Shown here: in pieces, positions 20,426 through 29,535 of the stretch
Numbering within the stretch: the first letter of the stretch is position 1
Layout: each line of letters starts with the position of its first letter
Assembly: GCA_038231275.1 (NCBI GenBank)
Contig: JBBRLQ010000001.1
Span: forward strand, 256,001 to 320,000
Direction: 5' to 3'
DNA from: Polyangiales bacterium
GTDB taxonomy: Bacteria; Myxococcota_A; Polyangia; Polyangiales; Polyangiaceae
Length of the DNA: 64,000 nt
The notes under the pieces: model-generated
Seen by the model: the letters and a program-made list of their open reading frames with translations, nothing else
What the model was told of the DNA's origin: nothing
Databases searched by the model: none
Program-made: the position numbers and the translations under genes

Positions 20426-21532
20426 TCAATCCTTGTCCTTCGCGTCGCTGTCGTCGTCTGATTCCTCGGTCTCTTCCTCGGTCTCCTCGTCCTCGTCCTC
20501 GTCCTCGTCTTCGTCGGCGCCTGCGTCCAACGTGCGGTTGCGGCGCGCGTCGCCGATGGTGAGGTGACGGAAGACGTCCTCGAGCGTCTGCGCATCGCGG
20601 TGCAGCTCGAGGAGGACCCAGCCCTTCTGAACGATCAACTGGAAGAGCTCGGCGCGGAGATCCACGCCCTCGTCGGTCGAGAGCTCATAGGTGTGGGCGC
20701 GCTCGTCGGTGGGGAGCTCGGTGATCTTCTTCACGCCGTTGATCTTGCCGAGAGCCGCCTCGACCTCGGCTTGCTTCGGCGGCTGGCCCTGCCCGCGGTA
20801 CGGGGTCGAGCCGGCCGACTCCTGCACGCTCACGACGTAGCGGACGCGGCCGCTCTTCGCGCGGATCTCGTCGAGCGGGCCGTCGGCGACGACGCGGCCC
20901 TTCGACACGATGATGGCGCGCGCGCAGGCGATCTCGACCTCGGAGAGGTTGTGGGTCGAGAGGAGGACGGTGCGCTCCTGGCCGATCTGCTTGATGTAGT
21001 CGAGGAACTCGGCCTTCTCGTTCGGATCGAGATCGCTCGTCGGCTCGTCGAGGATGAGGATCGGCGGATCGTGGATGAGCGCCTGGCCGAGGCCGACGCG
21101 CTGGCGGTAGCCGTGCGACAGGTGCCGGATCTCTTTGCCGAGCACCTGCGCGAGGCCGCACACCTCGACGACGCTGCGCGCGCGCTTGCGGAAGGTCGCG
21201 TCGTCGAGCTGGCGAAGATCGGCGGCGAACTTCAGGTACTCGTACACGCTCATCTCGAGGTAGAGCGGCGCGCGCTGCGGGAGGTAGCCGAGGCTCTCTC
21301 GCACCGCGAGCGGGTCGTCGAACACGTCGAACCCGTTGATCTTCGCCGTGCCTCCCGTGGGGGAGATGAAGCACGTGAGGATGCGCATCGTGGTCGACTT
21401 GCCGGCGCCGTTCGGCCCCAGAAATCCGACGACCTCGCCCCTGCGAACCTCGAAATTGATCTTGTCGACGGCGCGGAACGAGCCGAAATTCTTCGTAAGA
21501 TCGTTCGCGTAGATCATCACGTCCGTGGACAT
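20426..21532 (-). CDS. ABC transporter ATP-binding protein, GldA-like
   Basis: Walker A GPNGAGKST, LSHGYRQRVGL, Walker B ILILDEPT, STH; acidic C-terminal tail. Confidence 0.93.
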   Translation of the reverse strand: MSTDVMIYANDLTKNFGSFRAVDKINFEVRRGEVVGFLGPNGAGKSTTMRILTCFISPTGGTAKINGFDVFDDPLAVRESLGYLPQRAPLYLEMSVYEYLKFAADLRQLDDATFRKRARSVVEVCGLAQVLGKEIRHLSHGYRQRVGLGQALIHDPPILILDEPTSDLDPNEKAEFLDYIKQIGQERTVLLSTHNLSEVEIACARAIIVSKGRVVADGPLDEIRAKSGRVRYVVSVQESAGSTPYRGQGQPPKQAEVEAALGKINGVKKITELPTDERAHTYELSTDEGVDLRAELFQLIVQKGWVLLELHRDAQTLEDVFRHLTIGDARRNRTLDAGADEDEDEDEDEETEEETEESDDDSDAKDKD

Positions 21533-21778
21533 CCGACCTCCAAGTACCTAATTTTGCTCACAATTTTGAGACACTGCGGAGCGTGAGACACCCCGCGGGG
21601 CGCATCCTAATGGCGGGACCGGTGAAGTCAACGTTCCCGACAGGGTCTCTGCGCCCGGAGAGATCGGACCATGCGAAGGCGCATGCGCCGCTCGCGCGGG
21701 CAAACCGTCGTGAGGCGCGTCTATTCCCATCGTCGCTCGTCTTGCAAGCGCAGCCGCTGGCCGACTAGCCTTCCGCGC

Positions 21779-22297
21779 ATGCCGAACCCCACCGCCACCC
21801 TCGATACTTCTCTGGGCAAGGTCAAGATCGAGGTCTTCCTCGACAAGATGCCCGCCACCGCCGCCAACTTCATCAAGCTGGCGAAGGACGGCTTCTACGA
21901 CGGCCTCCACTTTCACCGCGTCATCAACGGATTCATGATCCAGTTCGGCTGCCCGTTCTCGAAGGATCCCATGAGCGCGCGCGCAGGGACCGGCGACGCG
22001 CCGCATGGGACGATCAAGGACGAGCACCCGGCAGACTCGAAGATCTCGAACGAGCCGGGGACGCTCGCGATGGCGAACACCGGCAGCCCGAACAGCGGGT
22101 CGTGCCAGTTTTTCATCAACACGGTGCACAACAGCTACCTCGATTTTTTCACGCCGGGCGCGTCGAAGCACCCGGTGTTCGCGCGCATCATCGACGGGCT
22201 CGACGTCGTGAAGAAGATCGAGTCGACGCCGACCGACGGGGACGATCGCCCGCGGACGCCCGTGCGCATGAACAAGATCACGGTCGAAGGGGCCTGA
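21779..22297 (+). CDS. cyclophilin-type peptidyl-prolyl isomerase
   Basis: [36 protein letters not shown]. Confidence 0.95.
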   Translation: MPNPTATLDTSLGKVKIEVFLDKMPATAANFIKLAKDGFYDGLHFHRVINGFMIQFGCPFSKDPMSARAGTGDAPHGTIKDEHPADSKISNEPGTLAMANTGSPNSGSCQFFINTVHNSYLDFFTPGASKHPVFARIIDGLDVVKKIESTPTDGDDRPRTPVRMNKITVEGA

Positions 22298-22358
22298 CAA
22301 AAAGGGCGGGGGTCGGGGAACGTTGAAATTCCTGGCCAGTGTGCGACGACGCGGGGGC

Positions 22359-24389
22359 ATGAAAGCCCCTGCCGCCGCAGCCGCCGCCCTCGCCGTCCTC
22401 GTCCTCGCTGCGTGCGGCGCTGGCGCCCCGGAGCCGGCGACGCCGAGCCCGACTCCGAGTCCGAGTCCGACTCCGGCGCCGGTTTCGATTCCGAACGTCA
22501 CGCCGACCGCCGAGCCCAACGTCCTCACGCCGGATCAAAAGCGACGGGACGACGCGCGCGCGCCGCTCGCCAAGGCGGTCGTCGGCGCGTACCCGAACTG
22601 GAACGGATTTTTCTCGAGCCTCGTCGCGAATTTTTCGCCGGACGGAAAGCGCATCCTCTTTGGCTCGCTGCGTGACGGGCTGCCTGAGATTTACGAGGGC
22701 GACGTCGCCAAGCGTGGGGACGCGCCCCGCGCGGTGACGACCGGGCCCGAGCGCGCGATCTGGGCGACGTACACGCCCGACGGGAAATCCATCCTCTTTC
22801 TCCGCGACGACAAGGGAGACGAGAACCACCACATCTTCAAGGTGTCCGTCGATGGGACCGGCCTCGTCGATCTCACGCCGGGCGAGCCGATGCGCTGCGG
22901 CGAGCCGATTTTTCCGAGGAAGCGTCCCGACCGCATCGTGTTCGACGCGCGGCCGCGATCAAGCGTGGCGCAAAAGGTCTACGTGCAGACACTCGCCGGC
23001 GGCGACGCGCCCAAGCTCGTCTACACCGGCGCGGGCCCCGGCGGGCTCGGCGACGTGACCGCCGACGGCGCGCGCGCGCTCTACGTCGAGGGCACATCGC
23101 CCGACAATCAGGTCGTCTTCGAGATCGATCTCGCGAGCGGCAAGGGACGCCGGCTCTTCCCCGCCGAAGGAAAGCGGGCCGGCGTCAACGGCGCGTCGTA
23201 CTCGCTCGACGGATCGCGCGTCTTCGTCGCGACGGACGAAGGGGCCGAGTCGTCGGTGCTCCTCGCGCTCGACGCGAAGACCGGCAAAGAGCTCGCCCGC
23301 TACGTCAACACGACGCCGTCGACCGCGCCGCTGACCGTGAACGTGTCGCCGAAGGGAGATCGCCTGGTCGTCGGCGTCGCGATGGGAAACCGCGGCGAGG
23401 TGCGCGTCCTCGACGCGACGACGCTCAAGCTCGTGCGCGACGTAAAGGTGCCGCTCGGCGACGTGCAGGTCGGATCGTTTCAACTGGACGGGAAAGGGAT
23501 CTCGCTCCTGGTCTCGCTCCCCGACAAGCCCGCCGACGTGTACGTGGCGGACATCGCCACCGGAGAAGTGCGTCCGCTGCGCGACGACAAGCGGCCGGGC
23601 CTCGAGTCCTTGCCGCCGCTCGACGCGACGATCGAGAACGTGAAGGCGTTCGATGGGCTCACGATCCCCGTGAACCAGTACCTTCCGAAGGATCGCGCGG
23701 GGAAAAAGCTCCCCACGATCGCAATTTTCCACGGCGGTCCCGCGTCGAGCTACCGCGTGCGGTGGAACGCATACGCCCGCTTCTTCCTCTCGCTCGGCTA
23801 CGCCGTCGTCGAGCCGAACGTGCGCGGCTCCACCGGCTTCGGGCGCGCGTACGAGATGGCCGACAACCGCGAGAAGCGCGCCGATTGGCTGAAAGACGTC
23901 GAGACGATCAACACGTGGTTGAAGAGCCAGCCGTGGTGCGATCCGCAGCGCGTCGTCGTTTGGGGGCAGAGCTACGGCGGGTACACGACGCTCATGGCGC
24001 TCACGCGTCAGCCGGGCCTGTGGCGCGCCGGAGTCGACCTCTACGGACCCGCCGACATGAAGGCGTTCTTGCGGACGACCGATCCCGGGATCCGCATGTT
24101 CTTCGTCACCGAGTTCGGCGATCTCGACAAGGACGGCGCGCTGCTCGACGAGTTCAGCCCGATGCGCGACGTCGACAAGATCAAGGTGCCGCTGTTCGTC
24201 TACGCGGGGAAGAACGATCCGCGCGTGCCGCTCTCGGAGTCGGACACGATCGTCCGCGCGCTCCGTGGCCGCGAAGTGCCCGTCGAATACATGGTCGCCG
24301 CGAACGAGGGGCACACCGTCGATCGCAACGGGACCAAAATCGAGCTCCTCACGCGCACGGCGCGCTTCCTCGAAGACGCGCTGAAGTAG
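22359..24389 (+). CDS. S9 family peptidase lipoprotein
   Basis: Lipobox LAAC, PT linker, beta-propeller region, HGGP, NVRGSTGFG, GQSYGG, NDPRVP, EGH. Confidence 0.92.
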   Translation: MKAPAAAAAALAVLVLAACGAGAPEPATPSPTPSPSPTPAPVSIPNVTPTAEPNVLTPDQKRRDDARAPLAKAVVGAYPNWNGFFSSLVANFSPDGKRILFGSLRDGLPEIYEGDVAKRGDAPRAVTTGPERAIWATYTPDGKSILFLRDDKGDENHHIFKVSVDGTGLVDLTPGEPMRCGEPIFPRKRPDRIVFDARPRSSVAQKVYVQTLAGGDAPKLVYTGAGPGGLGDVTADGARALYVEGTSPDNQVVFEIDLASGKGRRLFPAEGKRAGVNGASYSLDGSRVFVATDEGAESSVLLALDAKTGKELARYVNTTPSTAPLTVNVSPKGDRLVVGVAMGNRGEVRVLDATTLKLVRDVKVPLGDVQVGSFQLDGKGISLLVSLPDKPADVYVADIATGEVRPLRDDKRPGLESLPPLDATIENVKAFDGLTIPVNQYLPKDRAGKKLPTIAIFHGGPASSYRVRWNAYARFFLSLGYAVVEPNVRGSTGFGRAYEMADNREKRADWLKDVETINTWLKSQPWCDPQRVVVWGQSYGGYTTLMALTRQPGLWRAGVDLYGPADMKAFLRTTDPGIRMFFVTEFGDLDKDGALLDEFSPMRDVDKIKVPLFVYAGKNDPRVPLSESDTIVRALRGREVPVEYMVAANEGHTVDRNGTKIELLTRTARFLEDALK

Positions 24390-24408
24390 CTCGCTCGACG
24401 ACGGGAGC

Positions 24409-26442
24409 TTACTTGGCCGGAACCTGGAGCTTCCAAAGCGTGGCCAAGAACCGGTACGTGCGCGCGAGGTAGGCGATCATGTTTTCGCGACGCGTGACGC
24501 CGTGTCCCTCATCGGCGAGGAGCATGTATTCTACAGGCACATTCCGCGTGCGCAGCGCGCCGACGATCTGATCGGCCTCCGACTGCGGCGTGATCGGATC
24601 GTTTTTGCCCTGGTACACGAAAACAGGGGCGACGATCTTGTCGACGTCCTTGAGGGGGCTCCACTCGGCGAGGAGCGCGTCGTCCTTTCCGAGCGCGCCG
24701 AACTCGGTGTCGTCGTACGCGCGAAGCGTCTGGGTCTCGTTTTTCTCCATCGTGCGCAGATCGCTCATGCCCGAGCCGTCGATCCCTGCGGCCCACAGCG
24801 CCTTTTGCCGCGTGAGCGCGAGGAGCGTCATGTAGCCGCCGTAGCTGATACCGCCGATGAGCATCTTGGCGGAGTCGCACCACGGCTGCGCGCGGGCCCA
24901 CGCGTTGACGCTCTCGACGTCCTTCAGGGCGTCGCCGCGCTTCTCGCGATCGTCGGCCTTCTCGAAGTCGATCCCGAAGCCGGCGGAGCCGCGGATGTTC
25001 GGCTCGACGACCGCGAACCCCATCGCGCCGTAGAAGGCGATCGTCGCCGACCACCGCAAGTACGCGCTGCCCGACGGGCCGCCATGGATGAGGACGAACG
25101 TGGGGAGCTTCTTGGTCCCGCGATCTTTGGGGAGGTAGACGTTCGTGGGGATCGTGAGGCCATCGAACGCCTTGATGGGGGTGATTCGAGCCTCGAGCTT
25201 CGGCGCGTTCGCGAGACCGGGGCGGACGTCGGCGCGAAGGGGCGTGACGTCGCCGGTCTTCGCGTCGACCGCGACGATGTCGGCAGGGGCCTCGGCGCGC
25301 AGAAGCATGAACGCGAAGCGCTTGCCGTCCGCAGAGAACCGCGGGACGCGCGGGGCGCCGGGGCCGAGCTTGGCGGCGGCGGCGGGCGCGAACGTCTTCG
25401 CGTCGAGGATGCGTAGCTCCGCGCGGTTGCCCGCGTCGACAGTGACGGCGATGCGATCGCCGGTCGGCGAGACCCCGACAGCCTCGATGGTGCCGTTCGG
25501 GATACCCTTTTCGACGTAGCGGCCGCGCTCCGCGAACGTCGCCGCGTCGATGAGCAGAAGCTCGGGCGGCGCGCCAGCGCGCTGGGTCGCGACGTAGATC
25601 CCGGAGCCGTCGGGCGTGAAGGCGACCGCGCCGAGCTTCGCCGTGCCCTCGGTTGGATAGACGCGCTTCGGACGCCCACTGGCGACGTCGACCGCGAAGA
25701 GGACCTGCTCGTTCTCGTTCACGAAGCGCTCGAAGAGGACGCGGGTTCCGTCGGGCGACATGGCGGCGACGTTCCCGCCGGTCGGATCCTGCGCGATTTC
25801 GCGCGGTGGGGTGCCATCGACGTTCGCCACCAGCACGCGCGCGATGCGATCGGTCTTGGTGTGCGCCGAGAACGCGAAGACGCCGTTCTTCTTCGCGGCC
25901 GTCGCGGGCAGGTCGCGGCGAAGCGCGACGTCGGGGGTCAGGTTCTTGAGGCCGCTGCCGTCCACGTCGACGCGGAAGATGGAAAAATTCTCGTCGGACT
26001 TCACGTCGCTGGTGAAGAGCACCGTCTTCTCGTCGGGCAGGAGCACGAAACCGCGCACGCGCTCGTCGGGACCGGGCAGCCGGCGCGGCGCGGCGGCGGG
26101 GCTCTTGGTGTCGCCGACGTAGAGTGCGGGAATCCCATCCCGCGTCGACACGAAGACGACGCGACCGTCGGCCAGGAGGGCGGGGCTCGCGTTGGTGTAG
26201 GCGTCGACGAAGGCCGCGACCCTCGGCGTGAGCGCGGCGTCGGCGGCGCGCTGGGCATCGGTGAGATCGGTCGGCGGGATCGGAGCCGGGGCCGGAGTCG
26301 GAGTCGGAGGCGGAGTCGGGGCCGGAGGCGGAGTCGGAGTCGGAGTCGGGGCCGGAGGCGGAGGCGGCGTCGGCGTCGGCGTCGGCGTCGCGGCGCAGGC
26401 GGAGAGGGCAAGGCAGAGGATGGCCGGGAGGATGGCGCGCAT
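24409..26442 (-). CDS. S9 family peptidase lipoprotein (paralogue)
   Basis: Lipobox LSAC, PT linker, HGGP, NIRGSAGFG, GISYGG, NDPIT, EGHG. Start ATG 26442. Confidence 0.92.
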   Translation of the reverse strand: MRAILPAILCLALSACAATPTPTPTPPPPPAPTPTPTPPPAPTPPPTPTPAPAPIPPTDLTDAQRAADAALTPRVAAFVDAYTNASPALLADGRVVFVSTRDGIPALYVGDTKSPAAAPRRLPGPDERVRGFVLLPDEKTVLFTSDVKSDENFSIFRVDVDGSGLKNLTPDVALRRDLPATAAKKNGVFAFSAHTKTDRIARVLVANVDGTPPREIAQDPTGGNVAAMSPDGTRVLFERFVNENEQVLFAVDVASGRPKRVYPTEGTAKLGAVAFTPDGSGIYVATQRAGAPPELLLIDAATFAERGRYVEKGIPNGTIEAVGVSPTGDRIAVTVDAGNRAELRILDAKTFAPAAAAKLGPGAPRVPRFSADGKRFAFMLLRAEAPADIVAVDAKTGDVTPLRADVRPGLANAPKLEARITPIKAFDGLTIPTNVYLPKDRGTKKLPTFVLIHGGPSGSAYLRWSATIAFYGAMGFAVVEPNIRGSAGFGIDFEKADDREKRGDALKDVESVNAWARAQPWCDSAKMLIGGISYGGYMTLLALTRQKALWAAGIDGSGMSDLRTMEKNETQTLRAYDDTEFGALGKDDALLAEWSPLKDVDKIVAPVFVYQGKNDPITPQSEADQIVGALRTRNVPVEYMLLADEGHGVTRRENMIAYLARTYRFLATLWKLQVPAK

Positions 26443-26513
26443 GGCGCCGAAGCTTAGCGCGAGTCGGGCCGCCGGCCTGGCTCGCGTGTGCGAACTGTGG
26501 TCGACTCGCGCCG

Positions 26514-28223
26514 ATGAGAGGCTTGACGCGTGCAATCCGTTCCATCTCGCTCCTCGGCGCCGCGGCCATACTCGTTGGCGCATGCGGCGGCGCAAGCGAG
26601 GGCAGAGGCGCTTCACCGCCGAGCCCCGCGCCGGCGAAGGCGGCTTCGCTCGTCGTCGTCAACGCGCACGTGTGGACGGGCGACGCGGCGAATCCGTGGG
26701 CCGAGGCCGTCGCCGTCGCGGGCGAGCGCATCGTCGCGGTCGGCGCGAACGCCGCGGTTCGAGGCCTCGTGGGCCCCGGCGCGAAGGTCATCGACGCGCA
26801 CGGATGCATGGTCACGCCTGGCTTCATCGACACGCACCTGCACCTCGGCGGGGGCTCGTTCTCGCTTGCGTCCGTGCAGCTCCGCGACGTCACGTCGAAG
26901 GCGCAGCTCGCCGAGCGCCTCGCCGCGTACGTGAAGCTCGTCCCGAAGGGGACCTGGGTCCGCGGCGGTGAGTGGGATCACACGTTGTGGGGCGGCGACC
27001 TCCCGACCAAAGCGTGGATCGACGCGGTGACGCCCGACCACCCCGTGTGGATCGACCGACTCGACGGCCACATGGCGCTCGCCAATTCCGCCGCGCTCGC
27101 CGCCGCGAAGGTGGACCGAAGCACCAAGGACGTCGAGGGCGGCGCCGTGGTGCGCGACGCGAGCGGGGAGCCCACCGGCATCTTCAAAGACAACGCGATG
27201 GCGCTCGTGAAGGCCGCGATTCCATCGCACACATCGAGCGAATGGAGCGCGGCGCTCGACGCGGGGATGACCTACCTGAACGCGCAGGGCGTTACCAGCG
27301 CGCACGCCATGGGGACCTTCGAGGAGCTCGACGCGCTGCGGCGCCTGCGCGAGTCGGGGACGCGGCGCGTGCGGGTGGTCCTCCAGCTGCCGCTGGTCGA
27401 CTGGGCGAAGCTCCGCGACGAGGTCCGCGCGAAAGGCCGCGGCGACGACTGGCTGCGCATCGGCGGTCTGAAGGGCTTCGTCGACGGATCGCTCGGCTCG
27501 CACACCGCCGCGATGCTGGAGCCGTTCTCCGATGGGCCTTCGGACAAGGGCCTCTTCGTCACGCCCCCCGAGCTCCTCTACGAGTGGACGAAGGCCGCGG
27601 ACACCGCGGGCCTGCAAGTGGCCGTGCACGCGATCGGCGATCGGGCGGTCCGCACGCAGCTCGACGTCTTCGAGCGCGTCGCGAAGGAGAACGGGCCGCG
27701 CGACCGCCGGTTTCGTGTCGAGCACGTCCAGCACGTGGCGCCGGTGGACATTCCGCGCTTCGCCGCGCTCGGCGTCATCGCGAGCATGCAGCCGTACCAC
27801 GCCATCGACGACGGTCGCTGGGCGGAGAAGGTCATCGGGCCGGATCGCGCGAAGGGCTCGTACGCGTGGCGGTCACTCCTCGACGCGCACGCGACGGTGG
27901 TGTTCGGCAGCGATTGGCCGGTCGCCCCTGCCACGCCGCTCGAGGGCATCTACGCCGCGCTCACGCGGGCGACGCTCGACGGCAAGCGGCCCGGCGGGTG
28001 GGTGCCGGAGCAGAAGATCACGCTCGAAGAAGCGCTGCGCGCGTACACCGCGTCCGCCGCGTTCGCGGGCTTCCAGGGCGAGGTCGGCGTGCTGCGCGCC
28101 GGAATGCTCGCCGATCTGGTCGTGCTCGACAAAGACCTCGCGGCCCTCGCGCCCGCCGCGATCCGCAGCGCGCACGTGACGACCACGATCGTCGGCGGCC
28201 GCGTCGTTCACGAAGCGCGGTGA
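26514..28223 (+). CDS. amidohydrolase (YtcJ-like, Amidohydro_3) lipoprotein
   Basis: PGFIDTHLH, DGHMALANS, KGFVDGSLGSHTA, HAIGDRA, RVEHVQ, FGSDWP. Confidence 0.92.
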   Translation: MRGLTRAIRSISLLGAAAILVGACGGASEGRGASPPSPAPAKAASLVVVNAHVWTGDAANPWAEAVAVAGERIVAVGANAAVRGLVGPGAKVIDAHGCMVTPGFIDTHLHLGGGSFSLASVQLRDVTSKAQLAERLAAYVKLVPKGTWVRGGEWDHTLWGGDLPTKAWIDAVTPDHPVWIDRLDGHMALANSAALAAAKVDRSTKDVEGGAVVRDASGEPTGIFKDNAMALVKAAIPSHTSSEWSAALDAGMTYLNAQGVTSAHAMGTFEELDALRRLRESGTRRVRVVLQLPLVDWAKLRDEVRAKGRGDDWLRIGGLKGFVDGSLGSHTAAMLEPFSDGPSDKGLFVTPPELLYEWTKAADTAGLQVAVHAIGDRAVRTQLDVFERVAKENGPRDRRFRVEHVQHVAPVDIPRFAALGVIASMQPYHAIDDGRWAEKVIGPDRAKGSYAWRSLLDAHATVVFGSDWPVAPATPLEGIYAALTRATLDGKRPGGWVPEQKITLEEALRAYTASAAFAGFQGEVGVLRAGMLADLVVLDKDLAALAPAAIRSAHVTTTIVGGRVVHEAR

Positions 28224-28271
28224 GCCCGAGGGTTTGACTCCGGTATGAATTTGTTGTACCGACATTGAGCC

Positions 28272-29459
28272 ATGCGCGCCTCGTGGGCAATTCCGGTCGC
28301 CGTCCTGGTTTCGTGCGCGACCAAGGGGAACGGCGCGGCCTCGCTTCATGGACCGGACACGACCGCGCCGTCCGCGTGCTCCGGCGCGACGCTTCGTCCG
28401 TTCGCGGCTCCGAGCGATCCCGGCCCGCTCGGGCTGACCGTGACCCTGAGCGGTGAAGCGCTCGCGACCGGGGGGTATCCGTTCACGCCAGGCTCCTCGA
28501 AGGCCCAAGATCCGGCATTCGTCGACGGATGGGCGCTCACGTTCGAGCACGTCCTCGTGTCGGTGGATCGCATCACGTTGTCGAACGCGCCCGATGGCGA
28601 TCCGAACGACGAGCGCGTGACCGGGGATGTGGTCCGCACGGCGAGCGGCCCGTGGGCCTGCGATCTCGCGCGACCGTCTTCGCGCGCCGTGACGGGAAAA
28701 GGCGGCGCGCCAGAGAAGGCCGACCCGATCGCGTCGTTCGCGGGCCTCGACGCGGAGACGAAGTACGCGCTCTCCTTCGAGACGGTGCCCGCGCAGGCCT
28801 GCGCGATGGACGTGAACCTCGACGACCCGACGCGCGCGCTCTGGGCGGGAATGGTCGCCGCCGGGCAATCGGTCTTGTTCGTCGGCACCGCGACGTACCA
28901 AGGCGACAGCGCCTGCACGAAGTACGGCGACCACGATTTCTCGTCCTTGCCGAAGACGGTGCGCTTCTCGCTCGGCTTCGCGAGCCCTACCGCGTTCGTG
29001 AACTGCCAGAACCCGGACCTCGAAGGGCCGCCCGATAGTGCATTCGAAGAGGCGCCGCGCGGGGTGCAGGCGAAGGAGGGAGCGGCCGCGATCGCGCAGC
29101 TCACGTTCCACACCGATCACCTCTTCTGGGATCGCCTCACGCATGATCGGCCACTGCACTTCGATCCCTTCGCGGCCGCAGCCGTGGCCGATGGGACGAA
29201 CCCGCCGATCGTCACATCCGACGCGCTCGCCTCGCAGGACACCAACGGCTTCCATCGGCCCGGTGGTGCGCCGTTGGCCCCGCGATCGTGCGTGCCCGAC
29301 TTCACGCCGACGCCCGGCGCGCAGCTGCGCTTCGATCCCGCGGGCGTCGCGCCGCTGCCGACGTTCCTCGAGTACGCGCGCTACTCCGAGAGCACGATGG
29401 GGCACTTGAACGCCGACGGTTTGTGCGCCGTCGTTCGTCGCTATCCATCGCCGCGGTGA
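28272..29459 (+). CDS. hypothetical lipoprotein
   Basis: Lipobox LVSC; FVDGWALTFEHVLV, TFHTDHLFW, C-terminal GHLNADGLC; coding-like codon pattern. Confidence 0.7.
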   Translation: MRASWAIPVAVLVSCATKGNGAASLHGPDTTAPSACSGATLRPFAAPSDPGPLGLTVTLSGEALATGGYPFTPGSSKAQDPAFVDGWALTFEHVLVSVDRITLSNAPDGDPNDERVTGDVVRTASGPWACDLARPSSRAVTGKGGAPEKADPIASFAGLDAETKYALSFETVPAQACAMDVNLDDPTRALWAGMVAAGQSVLFVGTATYQGDSACTKYGDHDFSSLPKTVRFSLGFASPTAFVNCQNPDLEGPPDSAFEEAPRGVQAKEGAAAIAQLTFHTDHLFWDRLTHDRPLHFDPFAAAAVADGTNPPIVTSDALASQDTNGFHRPGGAPLAPRSCVPDFTPTPGAQLRFDPAGVAPLPTFLEYARYSESTMGHLNADGLCAVVRRYPSPR

Positions 29460-29497
29460 GTGGAGCGAAGCGCAGCGGAGCGAAACGCTCCTGACGG

Positions 29498-29530
29498 GAA
29501 GGCGTGACCGCTTTTTCCGGTCAGGCCTTC
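29498..29530. terminator. hairpin between convergent genes, possible bidirectional terminator
   Basis: GAAGGCGTGACCG-ctttttc-CGGTCAGGCCTTC, 12 of 13 pairs, lying between stops at 29459 and 29536; no long U tail. Confidence 0.45.
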
Positions 29531-29535
29531 GAGCG

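Noticed and set aside
16594-21532. ABC operon as exporter for the double-glycine precursor
   Set aside because: GldAFG/ABC-2 architecture with no C39 peptidase domain or HlyD adaptor.
21540-21775. Intergenic region checked for tRNA, riboswitch or sRNA
   Set aside because: No cloverleaf or recognisable conserved RNA motif; an Infernal/Rfam scan would be needed to exclude one.
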